30,624 nucleotides of DNA from Folioceros fuciformis. Its lineage: Eukaryota. The notes beneath the pieces are model-generated. The model was not told the DNA's origin, ran no database searches, and saw only the letters and a program-made list of their open reading frames with translations. The position numbers and the translations under genes were made by a program. Of the stretch, positions 1-9,341 are shown in pieces; the first letter of the stretch is position 1; each line of letters begins with the position of its first letter. Location of the stretch: contig JBNGIO010006139.1 in the NCBI GenBank assembly GCA_049999805.1, forward strand, positions 113,034-143,657. Reading direction: 5' to 3'.

Positions 1-1749
1 GTCGAACACAGTCTGGGCATCCTGTACACTGCCACACTTCCCATACATGTTGACCAAACTGCAGCCTACAACCACGTCGACCTGGATTCCTTGTTCTCCA
101 ATCTGTGCATGAAGCCGCTTCCCCATCTCCAAAGCAGGAGTCCCGACAGCTGCACATGCTTGCAGGAGACATACAAACGTTACAGAATCCGGTGCAGCAA
201 TACCTTCGTCTTGCATAGAAAAGTACACATGAAGGGCTTCCTCACCCATACCCTGCTGCGCATACCCTGCTATCATGGCCGTCCATGTCACTACATTTCT
301 TCCTCTGAGTTCATCAAACACGCTCTGAGCATCCTTTAAGCTGCCGCACTTTGAGTACATGTTTATAAGATTGTTGCCTACATTCATCTCAGCTTGAAGT
401 CCACGTTCCTCGATCTCATGGTGAAGCTCCTTTCCCTTCTCCAATGCTGCCGTACCGACACTTGCACAGGCCTGCAAGAGACACACAAATGTCACGGTAT
501 CGGGTGCAGCAATGCCTTCTAGCTGCATGATACCGTACAGTTCAAGTGCCTTGCCACCCATACCCTGCTGGCAATATCCTGCTATCAAAGCCGTCCATGC
601 CACCACAGGCTTCTGAGCAAGTTCGTCAAAAACACTATGCGCATCCTCTAGACTGCCACACTTTGCATACATGTTCACGAGGCTACACCCCACAACCACA
701 TCAGCCTGAAGTCCTCGTTCCCTAATCTGTACGTGAAGTTGTTTCCCTTTCTCCAAACCTTTGGTACCAACACTTGCGCAAGCCTGCAGAAGGCACACAA
801 ATGTCACAGAGTTGGCTGCCACAACACCTTCTTCCAACATAGCACCGTAGAAACGAAAGGCCTCCTGGTCCATGCCCTGCTGTGAGTATCCGCAAATCAT
901 TGCAGTCCAAGTCACCACATCTTTCCGACGTAGTCCATCAAACACTCTCTGAGCATCTCCCAAGCTGCCGCACTTCGCGTACATATCCACCAGGCCATTG
1001 CAAAGATAAGACCCCGGCTCAACTCCACTGGCCAACAAATCAGCATGCACCTGCTGCCCACTCTTCAAGTCCGCCGCCCTTGCACAAGCCTGCAGGGCTG
1101 CCACAAAAACATGCTCATCTGGCTTCACACTCGACCCCCGCATCTGATGGTACAGGTCTATAGCCTGCTTAGCTTCTCCATGTTTCACATAAGCAGAAAT
1201 CATAGCAGACCACGTGAACCGGTCTGGGTCAGTAACCACCGAGAAGACCACCGTGGCTTCTTCTAACCTGCCATGAGAAGCATACATTCTCAGGAGATGA
1301 TTGCACAAGAACGTGTCCGACTCGTACCCAAACTCCACCATCAGAGCATGAAGACGCCGACCCAGACTCAGATCCTTCTTTCCCACACATTTCCTCAGAA
1401 GACTATACAACACAGGTTTCACACCATGGCACCCTGTCTGTGCCAGAACTCCCAGAGCCTCAAAGGCCTCATTCAGCTGACCGTGCTCACATAATCTGCT
1501 TACAGTGTCAACCCTAACAGTCGTTTCCAATCCTTCAGAAGTAGGGGTAAGCCGACCCATCTGCATGACCAGGGCAGCCTGCTGGACCCGGCTGTAATGT
1601 TTCCCAAGCGCAAACAAGCCTCCGTCATGTTGCCTGCTACCGCAACTAGGTGGTTGCTCCTGAAAATAAAGTCCCCATAGTAGCTCTGCTCTGCCAGAGC
1701 TGTGATTAGCCACACACTTTCCTGTCCAACCGAAGGTCATGGCACTCAT
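1..1749 (-). CDS. PLS-class pentatricopeptide repeat protein (organellar RNA-editing factor type), 3' end outside the window
   Basis: Manually translated minus frame has no stop from ATG 1749 (alternative ATGs 1740, 1566, 1560) to base 1. It contains repeated P-L-S motifs (VVTWTAMI.GY.QQG, SVTFVCLLQACA, SLVNMYAKCGS). Missing from the ORF track because it runs off the edge. Confidence 0.93.
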   Translation of the reverse strand, partial: MSAMTFGWTGKCVANHSSGRAELLWGLYFQEQPPSCGSRQHDGGLFALGKHYSRVQQAALVMQMGRLTPTSEGLETTVRVDTVSRLCEHGQLNEAFEALGVLAQTGCHGVKPVLYSLLRKCVGKKDLSLGRRLHALMVEFGYESDTFLCNHLLRMYASHGRLEEATVVFSVVTDPDRFTWSAMISAYVKHGEAKQAIDLYHQMRGSSVKPDEHVFVAALQACARAADLKSGQQVHADLLASGVEPGSYLCNGLVDMYAKCGSLGDAQRVFDGLRRKDVVTWTAMICGYSQQGMDQEAFRFYGAMLEEGVVAANSVTFVCLLQACASVGTKGLEKGKQLHVQIRERGLQADVVVGCSLVNMYAKCGSLEDAHSVFDELAQKPVVAWTALIAGYCQQGMGGKALELYGIMQLEGIAAPDTVTFVCLLQACASVGTAALEKGKELHHEIEERGLQAEMNVGNNLINMYSKCGSLKDAQSVFDELRGRNVVTWTAMIAGYAQQGMGEEALHVYFSMQDEGIAAPDSVTFVCLLQACAAVGTPALEMGKRLHAQIGEQGIQVDVVVGCSLVNMYGKCGSVQDAQTVFD

Positions 1750-2232
1750 GTTGCATCTCGCGGCTCTAGTTTGGAAACGTCTGGAAAATCACATTCAGGT
1801 GGGCGGACGCTGTTCTTGCAACATCGCCAATCCGTTGAGTCCGCCAAACTTGTTCCCCAAACAGATACTGTGGCCCTGGGGACCCCAGACTCCCAAAAGC
1901 CAAGACCCGGGTGGGCACACAGCGCATCCCACCAATGCATCTGGCTACGGGACGCAATGTGCGAGTTCATGGGATTCTTCGACCCATTCGGGAAGGATCA
2001 TGTGAGGGCTGCCAACCCCCGCCTCAGGAGAGCGGGGGGCGGAAGAGTGATGTGGGCGTTTACGGACATTCCGATTTCAAAAACGTATCTCTTATTTCCA
2101 GACAGGAATTAAAGTAAGAAGAAACATCGATCTAGGGCCAATGATACGCCATGGTCTAACTAAGATTACAATGCCTGGGCTGCATACCGCCTGGTCGTGC
2201 TCTGTGACCACTGTACTCCTCCTTCATGGAAA

Positions 2233-4726
2233 CTACTCTATGTAAGGAGTCATGCGGGCGAGGCGGATGTCACGTAACAGCAGCCTTGTGAAAAAAGCCG
2301 TCTCCTCTGGATTAGCCACCCACCTGTGGAAAAGAAAGTAATTAGATAGACATATCGAATGGAGGTAGTGACCTACCTTTCGCCGCAAGTGAAAACTACT
2401 TACAGGATGGAGCATTTGGAACGTGTAGCAGAATCGTTGCCACTGAGCGTGAATCGGTCGCCGACATGCAATGTTTCATAAGGCTTCTTCCCGAGGTATT
2501 GCATTAGCGCACCGAGACCCAGGGACTTGTTGCCTGCCGAACCACAATCAACCACTCAGAAGAAGCAGGGAAATTGAGGAGGTATCGTACCTGAGACGAC
2601 TGTGGCTGCGTAATGCATGCCCAAAACGCAGTGCACCTGGTGGGCGTAGTGAACTTACCCACATCGACGAAAACATCTGCATCAAAAATTCCAAAGCCGG
2701 ACAGGGTTACTAGAGCACGACAAGGACGCGGCCCAGAATTGCAGCATTTACGGTTTCACAGCTCACCATTGCCCCCGTTGAAAGCACAAAAGGTCAACTT
2801 GGAATCCACGAGCTGGACTTGCACAGTCAAGGCTAACTCCTCAAGCACCTGTTGCAAGTAGCACAGGCAAACAAACGAAAGCCCAGAGGGTCAGACACAG
2901 GAACTGCTGCTACAACTCTAAATCGCAGAGAGACAATCTAGCATTTCTAAACTTTGATCGGAGTCCACCTCGTAGATCGTGGGTTCCTTCGGGACCGCTC
3001 CTACAGCCTTTGGTTTTCTAACGATCTCTACGGGTAACCGCAAACGAGCCGCAGCCGATCTCAGTGCACCTTCCGCATCATCCAGCAATGCCTGCACATC
3101 TTCCTCCACCCACGCCAGCATGTCTTTGGATTTCCACAGTTCATCCGGTACGAATTCAAGCCGGTAGTCGTCGTTTACTCGCAGAAGATAGTTACATTCT
3201 CCACCCATGACATGAAAAAGGCTTGTTATGCTGGGAGATAAGTCGAGATCTTTGAAAGCAGCCAGCAAACCAGCCAGACGGTCTTCAAACCGTGCTGCAT
3301 CTCCTGGGTACCCTGCCAGCAAAGTCAGATTCAAATTAGGAACCTTTTGAGGGGGGCAGAGGTCGTCTTAGCCCCTGCCGACCAATGAGAGTATCGTTTT
3401 CAAGCTATCGTATACAGAAGAGAGACTGCGGCCATCAGTGTAACTATGACAAGAAATCCGTCATGAGGAAGGGCTCCTGAAGACCAGAAGCCTCTTCTCC
3501 GGATACACATTGTGTCATCATCTGGCTCCTAGTCTACGCACCTACGATTTCCTCGCGAGGCACACACCAATTCAGAAACGGATGAAAAAAAAATCACCGG
3601 CAGCAGTCACAATTGCCACGTGAGACCCGTGCTGCATAAGCTTGATAATGTGGCCGATCATTTTACTGTCCCTTCGGATATGGTGACCATCTGCATACAC
3701 AGTACCATCTGCATCAAAAGTAATCAAAGACAACTTCTCTGCAATGGCATGGACCTGCATCCAAAGGATTACAGGTTAAAAACAATCTGCATTGACTCAA
3801 AGACCACCTACCCAGACTAAACAGCCAAGCGTCTCGCTCACCTGTGCTATATTGAGCACATGCCGGATCTCTGCAAAATTAGGCGGCACGAACTTCCGCC
3901 GTGACAGCGAGGCGAATTCATCGTACTCCTGCAATGCTTGCACCAAGGGCAGGGTAGTGTAGAATCGGCCCACAGACGGCACAAGTCTGCCAAGAGTGCT
4001 TCGTTTCGGGTCCTCAAGGTGCTCCCGTATCCACCGTTCCATCTTCTCCATCACCTTCAACATATTTCCAAGCCACACGCTCCCGTCAAGATCCAGAAAA
4101 GCGTTACCGACCACGTACTAAAATTCCGCACACTATCAACATACCTGGAACGGAGAATGAGTGGTGTGCATTGAGATGAGGAACTCGATAAGGCCATCCT
4201 GCTCCTTCAGCCGCCCCTTCCGCCGCAACACATGTGCGTCAGCCACGCTGCTGGCTCTCGAGAGGTGTGCATCTTCCAAAGCCTCCTTACTCAGGAGCAT
4301 GTTCCACCGCACCCGGGAGTACTGGTCGCTCCTGCTCCCGCTGGTACTCGCCATACCCGTGCCGTCGACATCAGTCTCTCGCTCGCTGTCCTCGTCAGTA
4401 CCGGGTCCACCTCTCTGAGCTGCATCCTCAACCCCGCTTTCGTGAGCCGTGTCCTCTTTCACTCCTCCGCCGCCCTTGCTCCTGCTTCTGCCCCGTTTGG
4501 GGGCAGCTCGTCCGGCTTCCAGCTCGCCATCCGGCCTCTGCGCCGCAACCTCCTGCTGAGCTGACAGGTTGCATCTCCAGGTGCGGCCCAGCCACCCGGG
4601 CCTGGCACCCGCGTCGCTCACGAGCTCCGCTCTGCAGATCACCGGGCTACAGGAGACTGTGGGCAGGGCTGCGGCGGGGAGAACCACAGGCGCTGCGTGA
4701 CAACAGGCCACCATTCTCAAATCCAT
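2233..4726 (-). CDS. ISN1: ISN1-family IMP-specific 5'-nucleotidase (HAD superfamily), 8 exons, with probable plastid transit peptide
   Basis: Phase-consistent GT-AG exons: 4726-4145, 4054-3842, 3754-3598, 3312-2969, 2848-2767, 2676-2659, 2533-2404, 2323-2233. Motifs: LITFDADGTVY (HAD I), IVTAAGYPG (II), VMGGECNYL, CAFNGGNDVFVDVGNKSLG, LHVGDRF..SGND, LWVANPEET, plus RRKFVPPNFAEIRHVLN, all typical of ISN1. Confidence 0.88.
3431..3526 (-). ncRNA. snoU40: Intronic box C/D snoRNA, U40/SNORD46/snR63 family (LSU rRNA helix 69 Am guide)
   Basis: Minus strand reads GCCA-g-ATGATGA (box C 3521-3515) ... CGGA (D') ... ATGACGG (C') ... GTCATAGTTAC-A-CTGA (box D 3438-3435)-TGGC, with a 4-bp terminal stem. 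The guide is complementary to conserved LSU GUAACUAUGAC. It lies in the sense orientation of ISN1 intron 3. Confidence 0.9.
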
Positions 4727-4911
4727 CGTCCAAACTCAGGGCTGATCGTCGTAGGCTGATAATGTAGCCTATGCCAGACTTCCCGCCGGGCTTTGCGTTC
4801 TTGATAGTAGGTTTCCATCATTAAACCTGCCAACAACCCTAAACCCCAGACAGATTCGCGAGGGACAAGAACCACCCTTACTATTGGACTCCCATTAGGG
4901 AGCTCATTCAA

Positions 4912-5017
4912 CTACTAAGCTAAGCGCCTACTTATGCGGAACCTCTTTCACACGGTAAGAAGTCCTACTAAGCTAAGCGCCTACTTATGCGGAACCTCTT
5001 TCACACGGTAAGAAGTC
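4912..5017. repeat. Perfect 53-bp tandem duplication
   Basis: ctactaagctaagcgcctacttatgcggaacctctttcacacggtaagaagtc occurs at 4912-4964 and 4965-5017. Confidence 0.95.
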
Positions 5018-5083
5018 CAGACGATATTAGTTTGTCCATCAGCGGGAGAGACGGGGACGCCGATAGAGCGAGGGTTTGCTACA

Positions 5084-5224
5084 ATGGGAAACCCGCTTCT
5101 CCGAAAGCTTGCGAGTGTGGCGGAGTGGGTAATCTTGCCTGGCGCGATGGTGGCGGCGTGCATTTCGGCCAGCGGGTATCCACCGGAGCAGGATCGAGCC
5201 TCCAAGAAGTCGCAAAAACGCTAG
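5084..5224 (+). CDS. Candidate 46-aa single-pass membrane microprotein (MGNPLLRKLASVAEWVILPGAMVAACISASGYPPEQDRASKKSQKR)
   Basis: ATG in strong plant context (ACAATGG), preceded by a GA-rich leader and AGGGTTT. The peptide has an amphipathic basic N-terminus, a hydrophobic core and a basic tail. It is below the ORF-track length cutoff. Confidence 0.5.
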   Translation: MGNPLLRKLASVAEWVILPGAMVAACISASGYPPEQDRASKKSQKR

Positions 5225-6242
5225 TGCGTCTTCTAATGGAGCGGGCTAGGGTTCGGCCCGGATTTCTGCCGTTCCTCTCGGCGCGGATTCTTTGTCGAGG
5301 GAGAACCGGCACAGGTCATCTCGAAACCTATTGGCCCCAGATTCAATCGACTGAGCAGTGAATGAGTCTTGCACATGTTTAGCACGGCATCTGACCTTAC
5401 GAGGGTTGCGCGGCTCCAAACAGGATGAGATCTTTTGGAGTAGTGCACACTTTGAAGATGGAATTGAATCCTAAGGCTTTCTGGACAGTTTGAGGAAGGA
5501 ATTAGATCGTATGGATTCTTGTATGGATTAAGCACGGCTCTGCTGCTCGAAGACTGCTCTTTCTTTCTACAGGAATCCTGGTTTCCAGAAACAACTTCAA
5601 ACGGGACTGTGGTTTGCAGATGAATTCAATCAACCCTGGTTGCTCCCAACCATCGGGGTTACACCTGACTTCAATGACACCGGTGTCCACCACTTCCGAC
5701 TCTATTCCGCTGAAAGGATGTTGAACAGATGCCTTGTAACGACGGAACACTGTAGGTCTGGGCCAGGCAATTTTTGACCTCTGCACTCAGAAATGTGCCC
5801 GGCAGACTACTGGTCAGTTTGTCTGCATCTCTCCTTTGCACGTTAGCCCTCGTGAGCGGGAACGATAAAATTTGTTTTTCGTAGCGAATGTAAAAAATGC
5901 TTCTTCCTAACACCGGCAACTATGAAGTTCATCTCTCAAGAGAGACTTACTTGATGCAGATATAATATTGTCTTTTTCAATGTACATTGCGCTATCTTTT
6001 CTCTGTATAAGGCCAAAAATAAACCCAAAGCCCTAACTGGACATGAACATGTCGTACATGCACGTGTTTAGCTTGGGTTGGAACTCCGACGCGCAGTAGC
6101 CTTGGTTCGTTGCCGCCAGAAGTTGGAAGTCACAAGTAGCAACGTTCCTTTCGACCTGCGAGCAGCAGGAACCAGACCGGAATGATCTCAGTAGGCGCCG
6201 TTCAGGCTCTTGAGACCAGCTTCGCAAGATGCACAGGCGGCT

Positions 6243-6250
6243 TAGGGTTT
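6243..6250 (+). promoter_or_regulatory. Telo-box (TAGGGTTT) upstream of the snoRNA array
   Basis: Exact TAGGGTTT at 6243-6250 and TTTAGGG near 6414-6420. Telo-boxes are common in plant snoRNA and ribosome-biogenesis promoters. Confidence 0.35.
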
Positions 6251-6518
6251 TGCATGGAATCTGGATCAATCAGAAGATCACCGAACGTAGATGCGCGCCA
6301 TTTTTCGAGCATCAGGCAAATGGTGTTAGAGTGGCGTTGGGAATGTGGTGACGGTCTTTCGTATTGAGGAGAGTTTGATCTTCAAAGGGTCCATTATGCT
6401 TGCCAAGTCTAGGTTTAGGGAAGTGCGCCTGCGGCATGTAGATCTCGCGTTCACTGTCTACACGGAGCTGTCTTTGCTGTCGTGCCTCATTTGTGGTAGG
6501 CTGTCTCATGCTTGACAA

Positions 6519-6616
6519 GGAACCAGTTGATGACATCCTGTGGATCGGAGAAGTCTCTTGTGGTTTTCAGGAGCATTTTCTTAGGATGGCTTTGCCATAG
6601 TCACACCGATACTTCC
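6519..6616 (+). pseudogene. Degenerate U40/SNORD46 snoRNA copy 1
   Basis: GGAACCA-g-TTGATGA box C and the conserved interior are present. The guide is mutated to GCCATAGTCAC and box D to CCGA. Confidence 0.7.
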
Positions 6617-6667
6617 AGCATTTCCATTCCTTAAGTCACACATCTTGTCTTTAGAGTCTTGCCCGAG

Positions 6668-6767
6668 GGAACCAACTGATGATATCCAGTGAATCGGAGA
6701 AGGCTCATCTGGTTTTCAGGAGCACTTCCTTGTGATGGATCTATGTCATAGTTACACTGATGGTTCC
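6668..6767 (+). ncRNA. snoU40: Box C/D snoRNA U40/SNORD46 family, copy 2 (apparently intact)
   Basis: 7-bp terminal stem GGAACCA/TGGTTCC, box C CTGATGA (6676-6682), D' CGGA, C' GTGATGG, guide GTCATAGTTAC, box D CTGA (6757-6760). Confidence 0.88.
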
Positions 6768-6815
6768 AACCTTTCTATTGCGGAAATCATGCATCTTGTC
6801 GCTTGGAGTTGAGAA

Positions 6816-6915
6816 GGGATGAAGTGAACAAAGTTCACGAATCGGAGAAGGCTCGTCTGGTTTTCAGCAGCACTTCTTTATGATGGATGTACGTCATAGT
6901 TACACTGATGGTCCC
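6816..6915 (+). ncRNA. U40/SNORD46 snoRNA copy 3, box C degenerate
   Basis: Intact guide GTCATAGTTAC plus CTGA (6905-6908) and GGGA/TCCC ends, but the box C position reads GTGAACA. Confidence 0.6.
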
Positions 6916-7544
6916 AGCCTTTTCATCTGAAAAGCTAAGCAAACGTCTTTTGGAGTCCTCCGAAAGGGCAGACAATGGCGGTTCTGCGTTGAGGGAGACC
7001 ATCGACCTTAGGGCAGAACCAAGTGGTTGTCTTGTGTGGTTCTGTGCTAACTCAGAGTTCCGTTGTCAGCTAACAGTAAGCATCCGGATTGCATGCGCAT
7101 GGCGTCTGGTTCATCAGCGCGCAACATTTTCTGGACCTTCCCGTATTCCAAAGTGCAGCGGCTGATCACAGAGTTCGACGTGCTCCGGTCATCAGTGGAA
7201 CAGACCAAAAAATTCCTTGGTGGAAAATGGTTGTTATTTTCTGAACAGTGCGGACGTGGTAGAAGCATGGAACAAGCCCCTTGCACTTGAGGTGGCGAAT
7301 GGTCCGAAGCTTCTGGGCGAGTGGTTCAAAGGCGCAAGCTTAAATAACAGGCAACATATCTCGCCTGTCTTTCAGCCACAGATCGGGCACCACTTGGCCT
7401 CACCGTGTTCTTCTGTGACCCCCTCCTCTGTTGCGTGCCTTTTCTGCTGCTTGCCCTGCGCGGTCGAAACCTCGGTTTGCGGTCTCTGTGTGTCCTGAGC
7501 TAATTGTGTTGTGCAGCTGCGGAGCGGAAGCTGTCGTTGTTTCA

Positions 7545-8954
7545 ATGGCGTCTCAGGTGCATATGGCGGCTCGCTCGGCTGGGGCCTTGGTCAGTGCTCC
7601 CCGAGATGGCGTGTACCGTGCCTTCTCCGGCTTAAGGTCGGTGGTGGGTTTGAGCCGGCGGGCTTTCCAGCCGGCGGTGCTTCTGCGAGCACATGAAGCT
7701 GGGGAGTCCCGGGTGCGCATGCAGGCCGTGGCCTCCGAGACTTCTCGCTTCGCCGGTGTGCCCCAGGCCCCCCCGGATCCTATCCTGGGTGTGTCGGAGG
7801 CCTTCAAGGCAGACACCCACCCTGCCAAGCTCAACCTGGGCGTGGGAGCTTACAGGACGGAGGAGCTGCAGCCGTACGTGCTCAAGGTGGTGCGGGATGC
7901 GGAGAGGAAGATGGTGGAGAGCGGGCTGTTCAAGGAGTACCTCCCGATCGAGGGCTTGGCTGCCTTTAACAAGGCGACGGCTGAGTTGCTGCTGGGAGCT
8001 GACAATGCTGCTATCAAGGAGAACCGGGTGGCGACAGTGCAGGGGCTGTCCGGAACCGGATCCCTGCGTCTCGGTGCCGCTTTTATCCAGCGTTACCTGG
8101 GGGGAGCCAAGGTGCTCATCTCGTCGCCCACCTGGGGGAACCACAAGAACATCTTCACGGATGCTGGGGTTCCGTGGTCCGAGTACCGTTACTACGACCC
8201 GAAGACGGTGGGACTGGACTTCCGGGGGATGATTGACGACATCGCTGCGGCTCCTGCTGGATCCGTCATTCTGTTGCACGGCTGTGCCCACAATCCCACC
8301 GGCATCGACCCGACACCGGAGCAGTGGGAGAAGATTGCCGATCTGATCGAAGAGAAGGGGCATCTTCCCTTCTTCGATGTAGCGTATCAGGGGTTTGCTA
8401 GCGGGAGCTTGGACGAGGACGCGAACTCTGTGAGGTTGTTTGTGGAGAGGGGGATTGAGCTCCTGGTGGCGCAGTCTTACAGCAAGAATCTGGGGCTGTA
8501 CGCTGAGAGGATCGGGGCCATCAACGCTGTAGTGTCGTCCCCTGATGTGGCTGTGAAGGTGAAGAGCCAGCTGAAGCGGCTTGCCCGACCTATGTACTCT
8601 AACCCCCCTGTGCACGGAGCGCAGATCGTGGCAAGCATTGTCGGCGACCCTGCTCTGTTTGATGAGTGGAGAGGTGAGATGGAGGTGATGGCAGGGAGGA
8701 TCAAGACCGTGCGCCAGAAGCTGTATGACTACTTGTCTGAGAAGGACAAGAGTGGGAAGGACTGGTCGTTCGTGCTGAAGCAGATCGGCATGTTCTCCTT
8801 CACCGGCCTGAATAAGGCTCAGAGTGATAACATGACTGACAAGTGGCACGTCTACATGACCAAGGATGGCCGAATTTCCCTGGCAGGTCTGAACTTGGCC
8901 AAGTGCGAGTACTTGGCCGACGCCATCATCGACTCCTACCATAACGTGAAGTGA
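7545..8954 (+). CDS. ASP5: Plastid aspartate aminotransferase (469 aa, intronless CDS)
   Basis: Motifs APPDPILG, KLNLGVGAYRTEE, LHGCAHNPTG, FFDVAYQGFASG, PLP lysine SYSKNLGLY and DGRISLAG. Transit-peptide-like N-terminus from ATG 7545. A 5'UTR intron acceptor (ctaat...gtgcag) ends at 7516. Confidence 0.95.
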   Translation: MASQVHMAARSAGALVSAPRDGVYRAFSGLRSVVGLSRRAFQPAVLLRAHEAGESRVRMQAVASETSRFAGVPQAPPDPILGVSEAFKADTHPAKLNLGVGAYRTEELQPYVLKVVRDAERKMVESGLFKEYLPIEGLAAFNKATAELLLGADNAAIKENRVATVQGLSGTGSLRLGAAFIQRYLGGAKVLISSPTWGNHKNIFTDAGVPWSEYRYYDPKTVGLDFRGMIDDIAAAPAGSVILLHGCAHNPTGIDPTPEQWEKIADLIEEKGHLPFFDVAYQGFASGSLDEDANSVRLFVERGIELLVAQSYSKNLGLYAERIGAINAVVSSPDVAVKVKSQLKRLARPMYSNPPVHGAQIVASIVGDPALFDEWRGEMEVMAGRIKTVRQKLYDYLSEKDKSGKDWSFVLKQIGMFSFTGLNKAQSDNMTDKWHVYMTKDGRISLAGLNLAKCEYLADAIIDSYHNVK

Positions 8955-9241
8955 GCATGCAAGCCTTGGGCTTCCGTGAACAGTCGGGGCTGGAGGAGGA
9001 GAGTTTTGTGCACCTGGATTCCAGCTCTGTGCGGATTATCTTTCTTGGTAGTCTTATCTTTAATTTTTGTTAGCGGTATAGCCCTCTCCAAGGTCTTCCA
9101 TACGTGATATGCTGTTTGCTAGTGCACCTTTTGCTTTTGCGTCTGGCTCTCAGGTTCGTAGGAACCTCATTCAGTGACGCAGATACTTGGGAAGTGTTCC
9201 TCCCTGCTGCATCGCGCAAACGTGAGTTGTCACTGTGGAGT

Positions 9242-9341
9242 NNNNNNNNNNNNNNNNNNNNNNNNNNNNNNNNNNNNNNNNNNNNNNNNNNNNNNNNNNN
9301 NNNNNNNNNNNNNNNNNNNNNNNNNNNNNNNNNNNNNNNNN
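9242..9341. other. Assembly gap (100 N)
   Basis: Run of N bases. Confidence 1.

Noticed and set aside
5619-5665. AGATGA ... hairpin ... ACA as an H/ACA snoRNA
   Set aside because: The hairpin has only a tiny bulge (no pseudouridylation pocket) and there is no convincing 5' hairpin.
6594-6609. T>C changes in snoRNA copy 1 restored by C-to-U editing
   Set aside because: PPR-type editing is organellar; three ordinary transitions are a simpler explanation.
6519-6915. Repeat array as CRISPR or satellite
   Set aside because: Eukaryotic context and ~149-bp wholly homologous units; fully explained by snoRNA duplication.
7632-8942. 436-aa antisense ORF
   Set aside because: Shadow of the GC3-rich ASP5 CDS with no recognisable motifs.
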